Assembly (NCBI RefSeq): GCF_026210795.1
Contig: NC_089429.1
Location: 2,976,001 to 3,040,000 of the forward strand
DNA length: 64,000 nt
Direction of reading: 5' to 3'
From: Rhizophagus irregularis
Taxonomy: Eukaryota
In this document: piece after piece, positions 13,335 through 28,139 of the stretch
How the letters are laid out: each line of letters begins with the position of its first letter
How positions within the stretch are numbered: position 1 is the first letter of the stretch
Position numbers and translations under genes: made by a program
Notes under the pieces: model-generated
Databases searched by the model: none
What the model saw: the letters and a program-made list of their open reading frames with translations, nothing else
Told to the model about the DNA's origin: nothing

Positions 13335-16300
13335 ATGAGCAGAAAAAGGTCAGTCTCTAGTATACTTGACGATCTTGATGATGAAGAATCACCTTCAAAT
13401 CAGCCATCTTCTACTCGTAGAAATAGATCAATTTCTGGTATAATAAACAAAGAAATAGTATCTTCTGCTAGACCAACAAGTAATAAAAGAAAACTAGTAG
13501 TTTGTAATTGTCCTGATTGTGATGGCAACTTGGTGGATTCTCACACAAAAGAAATTCACGATTCTAGACATCAAGAATACCAAGATTCGCAAGGTACAAT
13601 TTCGTCTCAAGTTCGTTAACTTGAAATAGGTGAAACATCAATACCCGCTTCAGCTGGACGAATGATTGATGAATCTATTAGACAAGAATCGGAAGAATCA
13701 GATAACAGTAATCAAGATGATGTTGATGATGAACATCAAGATGTCGAATTTAACTTCTTACCTCGACAACGTGCAAGAAAGTATACAAATCGTCCGGAAA
13801 TTTCAGAAAATCCAGAAGATTCATCATCATCCGAATATACTACAGAGGAAGATATCTACAGTGATACATTGTCTATAGGCAGTGAATCAGATAATGATCC
13901 AATTTCTGGAATTTCTGAAATTTTTGAAGACTATTTACCACCTAGTTATGAACCATTTCAAAACCCACCATATTCAGAATCGAATTATAATTGATTTTTA
14001 TGGATTTTATTTTGGATAATGAACTTTCGAACAAGATTCAATATTGCAGAGACAGCTACTGAGACTCTAATAAAATTTATGAAATTGGCCCTGTGCGAGT
14101 TCAGTAGTGACGATTTTAATGATTTCCCAGATTCGATTTACTTAACAATAAAGAAGCTTGGATTAAACGACCAATTTCATAGTTTTGTACCTTGTCCGAA
14201 ATGTCACAAATTGTATAAAAAAGAGGAAGTGGTAGATTTCAAACAAGAGGACAATCCTGCTATAATGAAATGTCAACACATAGAATTTCCCAATTCTTCA
14301 GTTCACAGATCACGTCTTTGCAATACGGCATTGTCTGAAAAAATTAGCGTATCGACAAATCGAACAATAATACGACCTAATTTAATGTATCCGTTTGCTG
14401 GAATCAATCAACAACTTGACACTATGTTTTGTCGGCCTGGGTTTGAAAATTCTCTCCGACATTGGGCTAATCGGTCGAATTTTGATAATATTTTGACCGA
14501 TATATATGATGGGCAAGTGTGGAAGAATTTTAAAGAATCTAACAATGAAGATTCGCCAAATTTTTTCAGAAGTGAAGTGGCTGATTCTCATCTTGGCTTG
14601 ATGCTGAATCTTGATTGGTTTCAGCCATATGATAGTACCATTTATAGTATCGGTGTCATATACGCCGCTATATGCAATTTGCCACGCGATATCCGATTTA
14701 GACGTGAAAATTTATTGACTCTCGGCATTTTACCTGGGCCAAAGGAGGTCAGCCTACATAAAGTGAACCATTATTTAGTACCAATAGTTAACGAATTGGA
14801 AACACTCTGGGCTGGGTTAACACTAAATCGTACTTATGAATGCGAAAATGGAAAGAGAGTTTGTGGCGCTTTAATCTTAGTATCATGTGACATTCCTGTC
14901 ACAAGAAAAATTTGCGGTCATGTTTCTGCCTTAGTTTCATGTTACAGGTGTGAGAAAAAAGCAAATTATGAAAATGGGCAGCATAATTTTGCTGGAATGG
15001 ATGATGTAGGGTATTCTGCTCGAGTTTCGAATGAGCACCGGCAAAACGCATTAGGTTGGCGAAGATGCAACTCAAACGCTGCTAGAAAGCGCTTCGTCAA
15101 AGAAACTGGCGTTAGATGGTCCGAATTGTTGCGTCTATCATATTTCGACCCTATTAGATTTATTACAGTCGATCCAATGCATTGCTTATTTCTGGGCATT
15201 GCGAAGTGGATAGTAAAACGAATTTGGATCGATGGGGGTATTTTGACACCAAATTCTTTGAACAAAATTCAGAAAAAGATGGACGAGTTTCAGATACCAT
15301 CCGATTTAGGTCGAATTCCAGGAAAAATTCATAGTGGAGAGGGATTCACCAATTTTACGGCCGATCAGTGGTGAATATTCTTTACAATTTATTCAACTGT
15401 ATCACTTTGGGAACACCTTTCAGACGTAGATAGAAGAATCCTGAATCATTTTGTCAGGGTTTGTTCGATTTTGGTAAATCGGATTCTAGAATCTAATTTG
15501 GTGGATGAAGCCCATAGAAGTCTTATCGAAATAGTCAAGCTCATTGAGAATCACCACGGCAGAGATAAGATCACACCGAATCTTCATCTTTCTCTGCATT
15601 TGCGTGATTGCTCATCTGATTATGGACCATTATATGCGTTTTGGTGTTTCTCTTTCGAACGTATGAACGGTATTTTAGGTAAATATCCGTTAACGATTTT
15701 TAATGATTTTAACGATTTCAATATTAGCTTATAATTTATTGATTTCGCACTTTTAGTTTCGTTACCAAACAGCAACAGGAAAATTGAGTCGGAACTTATG
15801 CGTCGATTAATGTTTGATAAACAAATCGAAAATATCATAAGTTCAGGTATCGAAGTAAAAGGTCTTGAATTGCTAAACAGTCAGCATACTATCAGGTCCC
15901 TTTCAGTTACTGATGAATTTTCATCAGATGAGATGCATCGATTTTGGCTGAATTCACAAAATATTAAAGATTCACAGATTTCTGGCAAAGAAGGCTTCCC
16001 AGGTGAATTTCTCAAGCCGGTATCTCATAATATACTACTTTCAAGTGAAATGTTAAATTTAATGGTTGAATATTACAATGCGACTTACGAATCATTTGGA
16101 TTTCGGAGGCCTCTTGTAGAAGGTTTAGATAACGATATAATAATTAGGGTCAAAATTAACCAATTCAGAAGGTGTCGGATTGGTTCAGAAGTCTTTGGAT
16201 CGTCATTATCGTTAAGACATGTAAAAAGTTCGTACGTCTTAGCGAAATTTATTACGGATGATGAAGATGTCGACACCTACCCAGGTCAAATTCAGTATTA

Positions 16301-16569
16301 TTTTACTCACGTAGTAGACTTTCTGGATGGTCCCGTCAAACATTTTCTAACATACGTTCATTGGTATAAACACGCAAATTTTTAGCAGTAATGAAATTTG
16401 TAATGTTGAGTTGTGGAATACTGAATTTTATCCAATAAGTCGTGATTGTATAATACCTGTGCATCATATTTTAGGTAGATTTGTACCAGTAAGTTACCAA
16501 ATCTCAAACCGGCAAAATGCAAGAGAGTATTTAGCCGTAAATCCAATTAGTAGAAAATACCAATTATAA
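13335..16569 (+). pseudogene. CACTA Tnp2/Transposase_21-type transposase with premature stops
   Basis: CNCPDC..H, CPKCHKLY, DIYDGQVW, LNLDWFQPY, CDIP..RKICGH, DPMHCLFLG, TPNLH and FWCFSFERMNGILG; stops at 13617, 13992 and 15372. Confidence 0.9.
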
Positions 16570-19339
16570 ACTTATAAGTTTTAGACATAAATTTATAATA
16601 AATTGAGTAATTGACTATAAATTTGGTGTTGATTTTTTCCGAATTTCTGAATTTTAATGACAAATCATGTTTTTCAAAAGTTAATTTTGATGACTTTTTT
16701 TGTATCAATCAGCCGTCAATCAAATATAATGATTTTTTGCCGAATTTTTATTGAATTTTTATTGAATTTTTATTGAATTGTCAATTTTCCATAAATTGGA
16801 AGTACATATTTGAATATTGGGCAAATTTTAGGTTGATTTGTCATTTTGTCAGATTTTTTTTTGATTTCAACCAGCATCAATCAGCCGTCAATCAAATATA
16901 ATGATTTTTTGCCGAATTTTTATTGAATTTTTATTGAATTTTTATTGAATTGTCAATTTTCCATAAATTGGAAGTACATATTTGAATATTAGGCAAATTT
17001 TAGGTTGATTTGCCATTTGTCTGATTTTTTTTTTGATTTCAACTAGCATCAATCAGCCATCAATCAAATATGATGATTTTTTTCTGGATTTTCATTAAAT
17101 TGTCCGATTGGCATCAATCAGATGTGCCGATTTGTAATGTCAGTCGATTTTGGTCTGATTTTTAGCTGATTTTCCATATGTCCAATTTTTTGATTTCGAC
17201 CAGTGATTACTAAATATCATCCCCTTGTGATAAATAAAAAATTACACAACACAAATTCAACACAAACTCAACACAAATTTAACAAATTTAACGAAATTTG
17301 GCCAAAATTAATAATTTTTTATCAGAATTATCAACACAAATTGAACACAACTGAAATTGAACACAAATTTCAGTCACGATTTATTTATGTCACACCCGTG
17401 TTGTTAATAATTAAATAAATAAATCTGCATTTTATTTATGATATGGGAAACGTGACCATAAATTCTTTAAGGATATAATTTTATTAAAATAAATCAAAAC
17501 TCCTATATCAAGTGACTAAAAAATATATTTATTTACGAAATATTCATTTTGTTTATCAAATCGGGGTACTATGTGAACGACACCATGTATAGACTCTATA
17601 GCTACAAAGTTATATAATTCTATCAATTTTAAGTGAGGACATCCATATAAATATGGGTTCCTTTTAGATTTAAAATCATACCATTGAATTAATGCGAGAT
17701 TTAGCGGTGGGTCTGTTAATACTTCTGCTAACAATAAGGCCTATAAATAATAAATATTTATTAATACTTTATAATAAATTATTACATAAATTGGAAAAAT
17801 ACCTGTCCATAACAAAGTTCTTTGTCTGATATATAATCATTTGATTTTTCAGAATCCATTGAAATAGCTATGTCGCTAAACTATACTTTATTATGATACC
17901 TGTTTGTGGCACGCATTATGGCACCATTTTCCAGTATTACTGATCCGTATATGTTTATTCGGGTTTCACCAATAATTGTGAACCCATCAAGTAAATCTAG
18001 ATATGAATCCAGACAACTTATAAATCTAGCAAAACCGGTCTGCATTTTATTGTCTACGGAATCTTTTTTTTCATTAAAAATGTATTTGCATCTCGTAAAG
18101 AGAAATCAAAGAGTCTTGCAGAAAATTTACAAGTGCGAGGTGTTTTTGCCAGATTCACTGAATGTTGAGACATTCTAATAGATATTGCTTGACGTTTTAT
18201 CTATTAATTTAATTTCCATCTTAAGTTATATAATAAATATATACAATAAATAAATTTCCAAATACTTACAGTTCGTAAAAGCTGAGGTTCGACATCTTTT
18301 TTATTGCTAATTCGGTAGGGTATTTTAACGAAATATTTGTGAAGACTTTCGTAAGTTTCTGTGGTATAGCCATTTATTGCGCCATAAGATCGTATTGAGT
18401 CAATAATGTAATAAACCCATGAATGCAATTTAGGCAACTTCAAATTGGAAGGAGAAACAAATTTAAAAGCCTTGACAAACATCCACGTCCATCTATGTAT
18501 TGCATCCTAAAATTTAAATGTTAATTTAATTTATTTAATTTAAATTTTTGATTTTACTAAAATTTTAATACATACATTAAATTTCTCCAAGTCACTTTCA
18601 CTAAATTCTTCATATCTACTTAAAATATACATTTCATTCCAATATTCGTACAATTTCGCAAGATCATCATTATTTACAAAATTATCTACTTCGTTATTAT
18701 TTTCATCATATAAATTATCAATAACAAATATCATGACTTTCATCAAACTTCGATATTCATTAGCAGTTAATCTTGCAATTAGGGCTCCGATCGGTTTCGG
18801 TAACTACCGAACCGTACCGATCGGTTTCGGTATCGGAACGGTTTCGGTATTCTGATTTACCGAACCGAACCTTTCGGTAAATTTACCGATCGGTTTCGGT
18901 AACTTCGGTTTTGGTATCTGTTTTGCGATTTACCGAACCGATTTACCGAACTGAAACTTTCGGTAAGTTTCGGTAAATTTTACCGATCAGTTCGGTAGAT
19001 TTTACCGATCAGTTCGGTAGATTTTACCGATCAGTTCGGTAGATTTTACTGATCAGTTCGGTAGATTTCACCGATCAGTTCGGTAGATTTTACCGATCAG
19101 TTCGGTAAACTTTACCGTTCAGTTTTGGTAGATTTATTGATCAGTTTCGGTAGATTTACCGAACCGATTTACTGAACTTCGCGAAACATTTTATTAGTTA
19201 AAAAAAAACGTTGCGCAACGTTTTTTCTTTTGATGATTTTATAAAAATGTTGCGAAACGTTTTTTATTTGGCAATTTGGTAAAAAAAAGTTTTGCAAGCT
19301 AAAAGCGGCCAAAAGTATTGCGGCAAAAATCATAAAAAA

Positions 19340-19785
19340 TAAAAGCGTCAAACTTGACGTTTTTATAATTTTTTTATTTAATTAATTAAAAACGTCGAAC
19401 TTCGCGCTTTTTAATTAAAAAAAAAAATTAAATGTTTTGGTTAAAAAACGCCGCACTTGACGTTTTTTAACTAATTTTATTAAAAAACCGTCAAAGTGCG
19501 ACGTTTTTAATAAAAAATTTTTTTTTTATTTTTTAGTTTAAAAACGTCGCACTTGACGTTTTTTAACTAAGTTAATTTATTTTTTATTAAAAAACGTCAA
19601 AATGCGGCGTTTTTAATAAAAAATTACATTTTTTTGATTTTAGTTTAAAAACGTCGAAAGTGCGACGTTTTTAATAAAAAAATACATTTTTTTTTTGATT
19701 TTTTAGTTTAAAAACGGCGCACTTGGCGTTTTCTAACTAATTAATTTTTTTCTTATTAAAAAACGTCAAGTACGACGTTTTTTCT
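19340..19785. repeat. Array of short imperfect palindromes AAAAACGTC-n-GACGTTTTT upstream of the hAT1 transposase
   Basis: About 9 copies separated by A/T tracts. Confidence 0.75.
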
Positions 19786-21184
19786 TTTCTTTTCTTTAAT
19801 TTTTTTTAATCAAGAACGTTAGTATCGTTCTTCTCGCCACAAATCACATGATTGCAAAATCGCGCAATCTGCAATATTACGGAATTGTTTAATTACCGAA
19901 TTTTTGCAGATCGATCTTATCAATTTTAATCTTTTTTTTACATTTTTTTCATTTTTTTCATTTCTAATATTAATTATATACTAATTTCTTTATAATAATA
20001 ATAATAACTTTAATTATAATAATGACTTCGAGTTCGAAGAAAACGACATTGAGGAAACGGCTGAGGAAGAAGCTGAGGAAGAGGCTGAGTATGAGACTGA
20101 GGAAGAAGTTGGGGAAGAAGCTGAGGAAGAGGCTGAGTATGAGACTGAGGAAGAGGCTGAGTATGAGAATGAGGAAGAGGCTGAGTCTGAAACTGAAGAA
20201 AATCAAGTTGATGATACTGAAACTGGGGGAGCAGCAGATCGAAAAAAATATTGAGCGTGAAGTAGAACAAAAAGAAACTAATACGAAGAAACGTAGTTGG
20301 GTGTGGGAGCACTTCACATATGATGAAACTGTGAAGAAGGCAAAATGCAAGCATTGTAAGATTTTAATTGCTTGCAATAAAGGAAGTACGTCAGAATGGC
20401 TGGTCATATTAAAAGTAAACATAAATTAATGAAAGAAAAAGGAAAAAAACAACTTACAATACGTGAATCTATTAATAATTCTGAAGTAATTGTAAGTATA
20501 ATGTTCATTTCTTTTTATTCAGTTTATAGGTTATAATTTTGTGCATTAAATATGAATATTTTAATTTTTAAATTTATAAACTCATGTATTTTATTAATAT
20601 TTATATTTAGGTATATAGTAAAGAAACTTTTAAAAAATTTATTATTCGATGGATTGTAAAAAATGACCTTCCTTTTACTTGTGTTGAATCTGAAGATTTT
20701 CGTAATATGATTTTTCTTTTACGTAAAGATGCATTCATTCCATCTGCTGATACAATCAAAAATTATATTATGACATCTTTTAATGATAGTCAAAAAAAAG
20801 TTGCTTCTATTTTACAGGTTGTATATATTAATGTTTTTTAATAATAGTTTTATTTGAATTTTACTAATTATTATTTTAATTTTTGTAGAATACGTCTAGT
20901 AAAATTTCTTTTACGATCGACGCATGGACTTCATCAAATAATTTTTCTTTTTGGGAATAACAGCTCATTGGGTTACAGAAAATTGGAAATTAAAAAGTTT
21001 CCTTTTAGATTTTATTAAACTTGAAGGGCCGCACTCAGGTGCCAATATCAAAGATGCTTTTTTAAAAAGCTTAAAAAATTTTAATATTGAATCAAAGGTT
21101 AGTTTTTTCTATAAATAATAAGATAATTTTAATAAAAATTAAAAAAAAAAATTTATATAGATTCTTGGGGTAACGACTGATAAT

Positions 21185-24100
21185 TAGGGTTGCAGACATA
21201 TCTTTTCTTGAGGGTAACTACCTTACAGCATACGTCACGGCAATACGTCACATATGCCGTTTGCCACAACTCTTGACGTATGACAAATATCTGACGTATG
21301 ACATATCATATGATGTACAGTACTTGTATCACGTCACGAAATTAAATTAACACAAGTAAATGTAATATGTTTCGCAACTTTTTTTTTATTCTCTTTACTT
21401 ATGAACTATGAATTGTGGACAAAGCAGTTCAGGAAAGGGTAAAAGACCAGTTATTAATGAAAATGAAGAACTTATAGTTTCTTCAGATGAAGAAAATACA
21501 ATACCAAACAATAACAAAAAAATAAAATTGTCAAAGACTCCAAAAAATACAAAACCCTTCTCAGAAATCTGGGAATATTATGAAAAAGGCGCACAAAAGA
21601 ATAATGGACATTATGAAGCTATTTGTTTCTATTGTAAAACAAAATGGTCAAGAGGAAAGCCACAAAAAATGGAAGTGCACCTGGCAAATGAATGTATACA
21701 ATGTCCTGAAGAGATATCAAGATATTGGCGTGAAAATATAGCTAACCGACAAACAACCTATTCTCGTAATAACCAAAAATTACTTTCTTCACAACCACCT
21801 TATTCAACTCAAACACAAATAACCGATCATTATAAGTCTGATCAGTCTTTACCCAAATTTGTTGTTGACCGACTTGATAAAAAGATTTTAAAGGCTTGGG
21901 TCATGGCTGGTATTCCATTTAATGTAATAGAAAACCCATTTGTTTTAGATCTCTTTAAAGATCTAAATCCTGGTTATTCCCCACCATCACGAACTACTCT
22001 CTCTGACCATCTTATTACAGAAGAATATACACGAGTGAATCTGGCGATTGAACGTGATTTGGAACAATCTGATAATCTTACTTTAGGTAAATATAAATTA
22101 ATTTTTTATTACATGTGCAACTTGTTGATTTAAAATTTTTAAATGTTAATCTCTCCCGAAATTTTACACTGATATTTTTTTTAAATTCTATCTCTGATAG
22201 CGTTAGATGGTTGGACTACTCCTAAAATGGAATCAATTTATAATTACATAGTCACAACTGATACTCGAATGGAATATTTGATTGGTTTATATGATTATTC
22301 GTCAGATTCACATACAAGTGAATTTTTAACGGAAGAAATTTCTAGTATTATTGAAAAACTTGGCAGTGATAAGTTTGCCGCAATTGTTACTGATAATGCT
22401 TCCAATTGCCGAGTTGCAAGACAAAATATTCACCAAACGTATCCACATATATGGAATATACGTTGTGCAGCTCATGCAATCAATTTGATTGCATCTGACT
22501 TGGTCAAACTTGAACCTATTAAAAAATTTATTAATGAATGTGGTAAAATTAATCGATATTTTAGTACATCACACGCTAGTAATGCTCTTTTAAGACAAGG
22601 TTTTACCACTATGAAAATCAAAGGAGGCAGATTACAAACTTGGGTGAAAACACGTTGGGGGTTTTTATTTATGACAACGGATGCTTTATTAAGAGCTCGG
22701 CCAGTGTTTGATTGGGTAGGTAAAATGTTTATTAATAATAAAATTAAAAATATTAAAAAATATTTTACTAAATTTTCAATTTTACAATTTTTCAGATTCT
22801 TAGAGAGCATGCTAATTCTATTACAAACAATGAGGTTGCTGCTTTAATGGAGGACGAATCTTTTTTTTCCATATGTCGATCAGTTCGTTCTATATGGAAG
22901 CCAATAAAAGAATGTATAAATCTTTTAGAGGCAAACGAAGCTACTTTATCTGATTGCTTCATCCATCTTATTAAATTGGCTAATGCAATACATCGATTAC
23001 CAATTACCAATGTCTTTAAATCTTTTTCTATTAATATTTTTAATTATCGATTTGAAGAATTTTTACATCCCCTTTATATTTTGGCTTATTATCTTCATCC
23101 ATATTATCGAGGTTATATAAATGTTATGATTTGTATAATCTCAAATTATAAAATTAATAAAGTTTTTTGTTTAATTAACAGGTAAAGGTTTAAAAGATGA
23201 AGCTTTTCATAAAGCCGCCTTAGCTGCAATTGAAATGTGGCAAAGTCTTGGTCATACTCGCAAGGAAAGTGAAGAATTAATTGCTCAACTTCGTAGGTTT
23301 GAATTAAAGCTTGCTCCTTTTGATCTTCCTTATATTTCTGGACTTGAATCTCCAAACGTATAGTGGAAATTAATTAAAATACAGCCACGACATTTGCCTG
23401 AACTTGCCTGTCGAATTTTTTCTATTAACCCAACTCAAGCAAATTGTGAAAGAAATTTCTCAACTCTTAATTGGATTTTGGGTGATAGACGAACTAACTT
23501 GACTTTAAAAAAACTTGAAGCTATAGCAAAAATTCGGTCTTACTATATGAATAATATCCAAAAGGAATTAAGTTATATGAGTAAGGATCTTACTGAAAGT
23601 GAATTAAGAGAAAGTACTAATATTGCTTCAGTTAATAGCATTATTAGTTTAGAGGAGGATGATGATACTGTAAATATTGATGGAAATAATAATTTAAATC
23701 AAACTTCACCATCGGAAAATTTTTCAAATACTGAATTGGCTATTAGTAATATCGTTGATTTGACAGCTGTTGATGATACTAATGGAGAGATGAGTTCTGA
23801 TATTACTCCAGTACAAGAACAACCTTTAGATCCAGCTGATTTGGATTATGATCCTAATGATGTATTAAATGGATTTATAGGATGTGAAAGAGATACTGAA
23901 AGGAATCTTACAGATTCTGGAAAATCGTAAATCTTAACTTTAGGTTTTTTTTATATTTTTTTACCACTTATAATAATTTTATAATATGAATAACATTTTG
24001 TAACGATTTTAATATTTTATAATATAATAACATTTTATTAGTATAAATAGTATATTGGATATTTGGATATAAATAAATAATTTTTTTTCGTTTTTCTGAA

Positions 24101-24338
24101 AAAAATTTTTAAAGATCTGCATATTTTGAACTAAATTTATTTATATGATATACGGCATACGGTACATAATAAAGCATAAACATATAATACAGCATACGAC
24201 ATAAGATACGTCACATGTGACTACTATCTTACTACCACATACATATATACGGCAAAAACATCTAAAAGGTAGTACACCCCTTACGACATGACGTATTGAC
24301 GTATTAGGTAGTTACCTAAAGATATGTCTGCAACCCTA
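21185..24338 (+). mobile_element. hAT transposon 2
   Basis: TIR TAGGGTTGCAGACATATCT / AGATATGTCTGCAACCCTA; TSD CTGATAAT at 21177-21184 and 24339-24346. Confidence 0.95.
21408..23930 (+). pseudogene. hAT2 transposase (BED finger, DUF659-like RNase-H fold), 3 introns, nearly intact with a TAG at 23361
   Basis: IWEYY..CFYC..HLANEC; LDGWT; IVTDNASN; RCAAH; KTRW; YLHPYYRG; ANCERNFS. Confidence 0.9.
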
Positions 24339-27107
24339 CTGATAATGCCAGCAACAATGTTACATTTCTCAAAGCTGTTGAATCTGATCTTTCTCAAAGA
24401 TATATCTATTATGATAATGAAGATAAGCACGTTCGTTGTTCGCAGCTGTAATCAATTTGGCAGCGCAACAAGTCCTTACTACCCTTAAAGCCACAGATAA
24501 TGATGAATCATCAAATGAAGAAGTTGGTAGTTTGATAGTTAAGGTAAATAATTTTATTATATTATTATTATTAAAATTTAATTAATAATCTATTAAAAAT
24601 TGTATTGCCTTTTAGCTTCGTACTCTTATTAAAAAAATAAAAGCATCACCCCAACAAGTAGATAAATTCAAAGCTCAATGTAAAGTTGCAAATGTTCCAA
24701 ATCTAAATGTCATACTAGATGTTCGCACTAGATGGAACTCTACGTATGATATGCTTGTAAGGGCAAGAAAACTTAAGGAAGTAAGTTTGTTATTTTATTA
24801 ATTTTTATTTTAATTAATTTATTAAAAACAATTATAATTTTATTTTTAGCCTCTTAATATATTAAGTAACAGTGATTCAAATCTTCGTCCTTTTACAATT
24901 AATGAAGATGAATGGATTAATTTGTTAGAAATAGAAGAGTTATTGAAGGTTAAATTTTAATTATATATATATAATTATGTATTTTTATAGTTTTATTAAA
25001 AATTTTTATTTTTTAGTATTTTGCTAAAGCAACAAAGCAAATTTGTGGAGAAACATACCCAACACTATCATACGTGATTCCTATATACAATATTTTGTTA
25101 AATAAATTAGAGGATTTTCGGGATACTCCAAATAGATTTGAAAATGGAAAAGTAAGTTTATTTATATTTAATATTTATATTAAATGTAATTAAATTCCTT
25201 TTTTTTAATAGGAAGCGGCAATTAATGCCATTAATAAGCTTAAAATTTACTACAATAAAACTGATTCAACTTTATATGCAGTTTCTTTAAGTAAGTTATT
25301 ATTAAGTTAATTTAATTTAATTAATTTTAATAATGTTTGTAATATATATAGTTTTAGATCCACGTCTTAAAGTAGAATATATGAAAGATAATGAATGGGA
25401 AACCCAATGGGTTGATAGAACAAAAAAAACTGTATGAGTTTTATTTGTTTTATTTAAATTATATTATAATTTTCTTTATTTTATACATACTATATAATAA
25501 TTTAATAGGTATCTGAACTCTATATGACGTTATATGCACCTCAAGAAACTCAAAATACTAATATAGAATATAATTCATCAGATGAAGATCTTGTTTCACA
25601 TATTTCCAAACGGCGCCGTATTGAAACTGTAAGTGAATTTGATCGTTATCTTAATGCTGATCGTGCACAAGCTCTGTGTGATACTTTAAATTGGTGGAAA
25701 GTAAGTTTATTATTTTAAAGGATATTTATTTAATTAAATATTTGTAACAATTTTTTAATTAATAGCGACACGAGGAAGAATATCCTAACTTATCGAACAT
25801 GGCCAAGGACTACCTTGGGGTCCCAAGTTTATTACTAATCTGTTTTATTTATTATTCAATAATATTTTTTAATGTAAAATATTTTATTTGGTAGCAACGA
25901 GTGCTCCTGCTGAACGTATTTTTTCCAGCGCAGCTGACGTAATAACATATGATAGAGCAAGTCTTGCACCTGAAACTGTGCGTGCAGTCATGTGTCTGAA
26001 GCATTGGTTTCGTTCAGGTATTTTAGATTAAAGTTAGGTTTATTAGTTTTTCATATTTGAATTTTGTTATTTGAAGTTAGTTATTTGGATGGAGAAGAAT
26101 TGGATACTCAGGAAAACTTTGGATGAATAATTTACATCAAAAGAAGATGATTGATATAATTTCTTATGATAACCTCACTTCTTTCTTTACAACACAAATG
26201 TTGAAAATGTATGGAAAATGTGTGTTGATAGCTTTTAATTTTCACAAATAAAATTGTTAAACCCGATCCAATTCAATCAAAGTCTTACGAAAATGCTTTT
26301 TCATAACCAATTTAATAAAAAAAAATGGATCGTTGATGTTTTTTTTAAAAAACGTTGCAAAACTGTATTTGTTTCGCAACGTTATTTTTTGAAATTTTTT
26401 ATTAGTTACACCGGTCAAATGAAGTATCGGGTAATAACATATCAGGGCATCATATGCAATATTAAACGATATGTTTAATAGATTTGTATGGTTTAGTTTA
26501 TTTGTTTATTTGCGTACAATATTGATCGATTTTTATTTTAGATATTGTACGGTGTTGTATTTATATTGGTTAACATCATGAAATATTACATGATCGAAGT
26601 TTCTCTTAAAAAAAAAAGAAATAAAATTTTTTTTTCATTTAGAAGAAAAAAAAGTATTTTTTCTTGTTTTTTCGGTTACCGCAGAAATCGTTTCAGGTAG
26701 ATTACTGCGGAATTTCACTTTATTTTGTGTATCATGTGTGACGTCTCCTTTTCTCTCTCCTTTTCTGAAAAGATTACTTTAGTCGCACAAAGCATACTAT
26801 TAAGGTAACTCGAGGGTTTCGGCAGAATGGCGTACGCGAAACTGCCGAAACTAGTTTCGCGAAATCATCAAGAATCCCGAAACTGCGAAACCTATCAAAA
26901 TCGCGAAACTGCCGTAACTTGCCGAAACTGTTTCGGCGTTTCGGCAATACTTTCTATATGATTTAATTAGAGTTTTCGGCATTTAAACAATTTATAAGAA
27001 TAAAGACAATATGATTTTTTGTATGTAAATATTTATTTTATAATATTTAATATTAAACTAATAAAATATACGATTAAAAATATAATAAAAATTAAAATTT
27101 AATATCT

Positions 27108-27806
27108 TTATCTTCTATGTGGGGACCTGCTTCTACCTCTTCTTCTATCTCTACTTCTATCCCGTCTTCTATCTCTACTTCTATCCCGTCTTCTATCTCT
27201 ACTTCTGTCTCGTCTTCTATCTCTACTTTTGTCTTGTCTTCTATCTCTACTTCTTGATCTACTTCTTGATCGAGACCTAGATCGCGACCTTCTTCTTTTC
27301 CTTCACAATCTATATTCATATCGACGTCGATCATGCGCAGCATGCTGCCTTCGATACTCTCGTCTAAACAGATCTAAAATCCAATAAAAATATTAATGAA
27401 TTGAATGAATTGCCTAAATAAAATTAATTTAAAATAATAATTAATAATAATTACCAGTTTGTAACCAGAATTCATCGTTCATATCAGCGAAACACGCTCT
27501 ATCAAAACTATTTGGGCTTACAATAGGAATGTCGTCATCATTATTATTTATTAACCTACTGAGGTTTTCATAACCTCGTTTGAGGGCATTCCATTTTGTA
27601 GAGCATTGCCTGGGTGTCGCTGCAAATCCAGTTGCAGCGAACACCCTATTTGCTATTATTGTCCATGCATTTACATGGTGACGGTTTGCAATTCTTTCGA
27701 ATTGCTGATGTAAGTTTCTTCGCTCTGCGATTAACTGCCTAGCAGCATTAATCGTCCATTGGAATGGTGGTGGTGGCGGTGGAACAAAAGGTACTAATGC
27801 TGCCAT
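27108..27806 (-). pseudogene. Two-exon Myb/SANT-like gene with RS/RD-rich tail and one in-frame TGA at 27303-27305
   Basis: Exon 27806-27455 FQWTINAARQLI..AWTIIANRV..QCSTKWNALKRGY..EFW; exon 27373-27108 RRRSRSRSRS..RDRRRDRS..RSRSPHRR*. Confidence 0.85.
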
Positions 27807-28139
27807 TTTTTATTTTTATGATTTTTTCGTAACTTGAAATTTGAAAATTAAATACAATTTGAAAATTAAAATACAATTTGGTTTTGAATTGCGGAAAAAA
27901 AATTCAAATTTCATAATATTTATAATAATTTTAAAATTTGTTATAATGTTTAAAACATGAACTGATGAACATAATAACATTCTACATAATTAAAGTATTT
28001 GTAACAAAATAAACACAGTTTTGATTCTAATGTAATAAATTTAATTAACGCAGTTCTAAATTTTTTTTTGTAACGCAGTTCTTAAAATTTATTGATCTAA
28101 TGTAATAAATTTAATTAACGAAGTCCTTAAAACTTATTG

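Larger units (their letters stand above)
8905..17205 (+). mobile_element. CACTA/EnSpm (CMC) transposon 1
   Basis: TIR CACTGGTCGAAAT / ATTTCGACCAGTG; 3-bp TSD ATT at 8902-8904 and 17206-17208; subterminal repeats at both ends. Confidence 0.92.
20022..26031 (+). pseudogene. hAT1 (Ac-like) transposase with acidic N-terminal repeat, BED finger, DDE and dimerisation domain; many short introns; interrupted by hAT2; start approximate
   Basis: SWVWEHF..KCKHC; FTIDAWTS; VTTDNASNN (split); DVRTRWNSTY; LDPRLK; LNWWK..YPNL; ATSAPAERIFS. Confidence 0.9.

Noticed and set aside
20022..20429. Protamine-like Arg/Lys-rich ORF start
   Set aside because: It is the off-frame reading of an acidic GAGGAAGAGGCT repeat at the frameshifted hAT1 transposase N-terminus.
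27092..27343. Acidic EVEIED ORF
   Set aside because: Alternative frame of the RS/RD exon; splice phase supports the RS reading.
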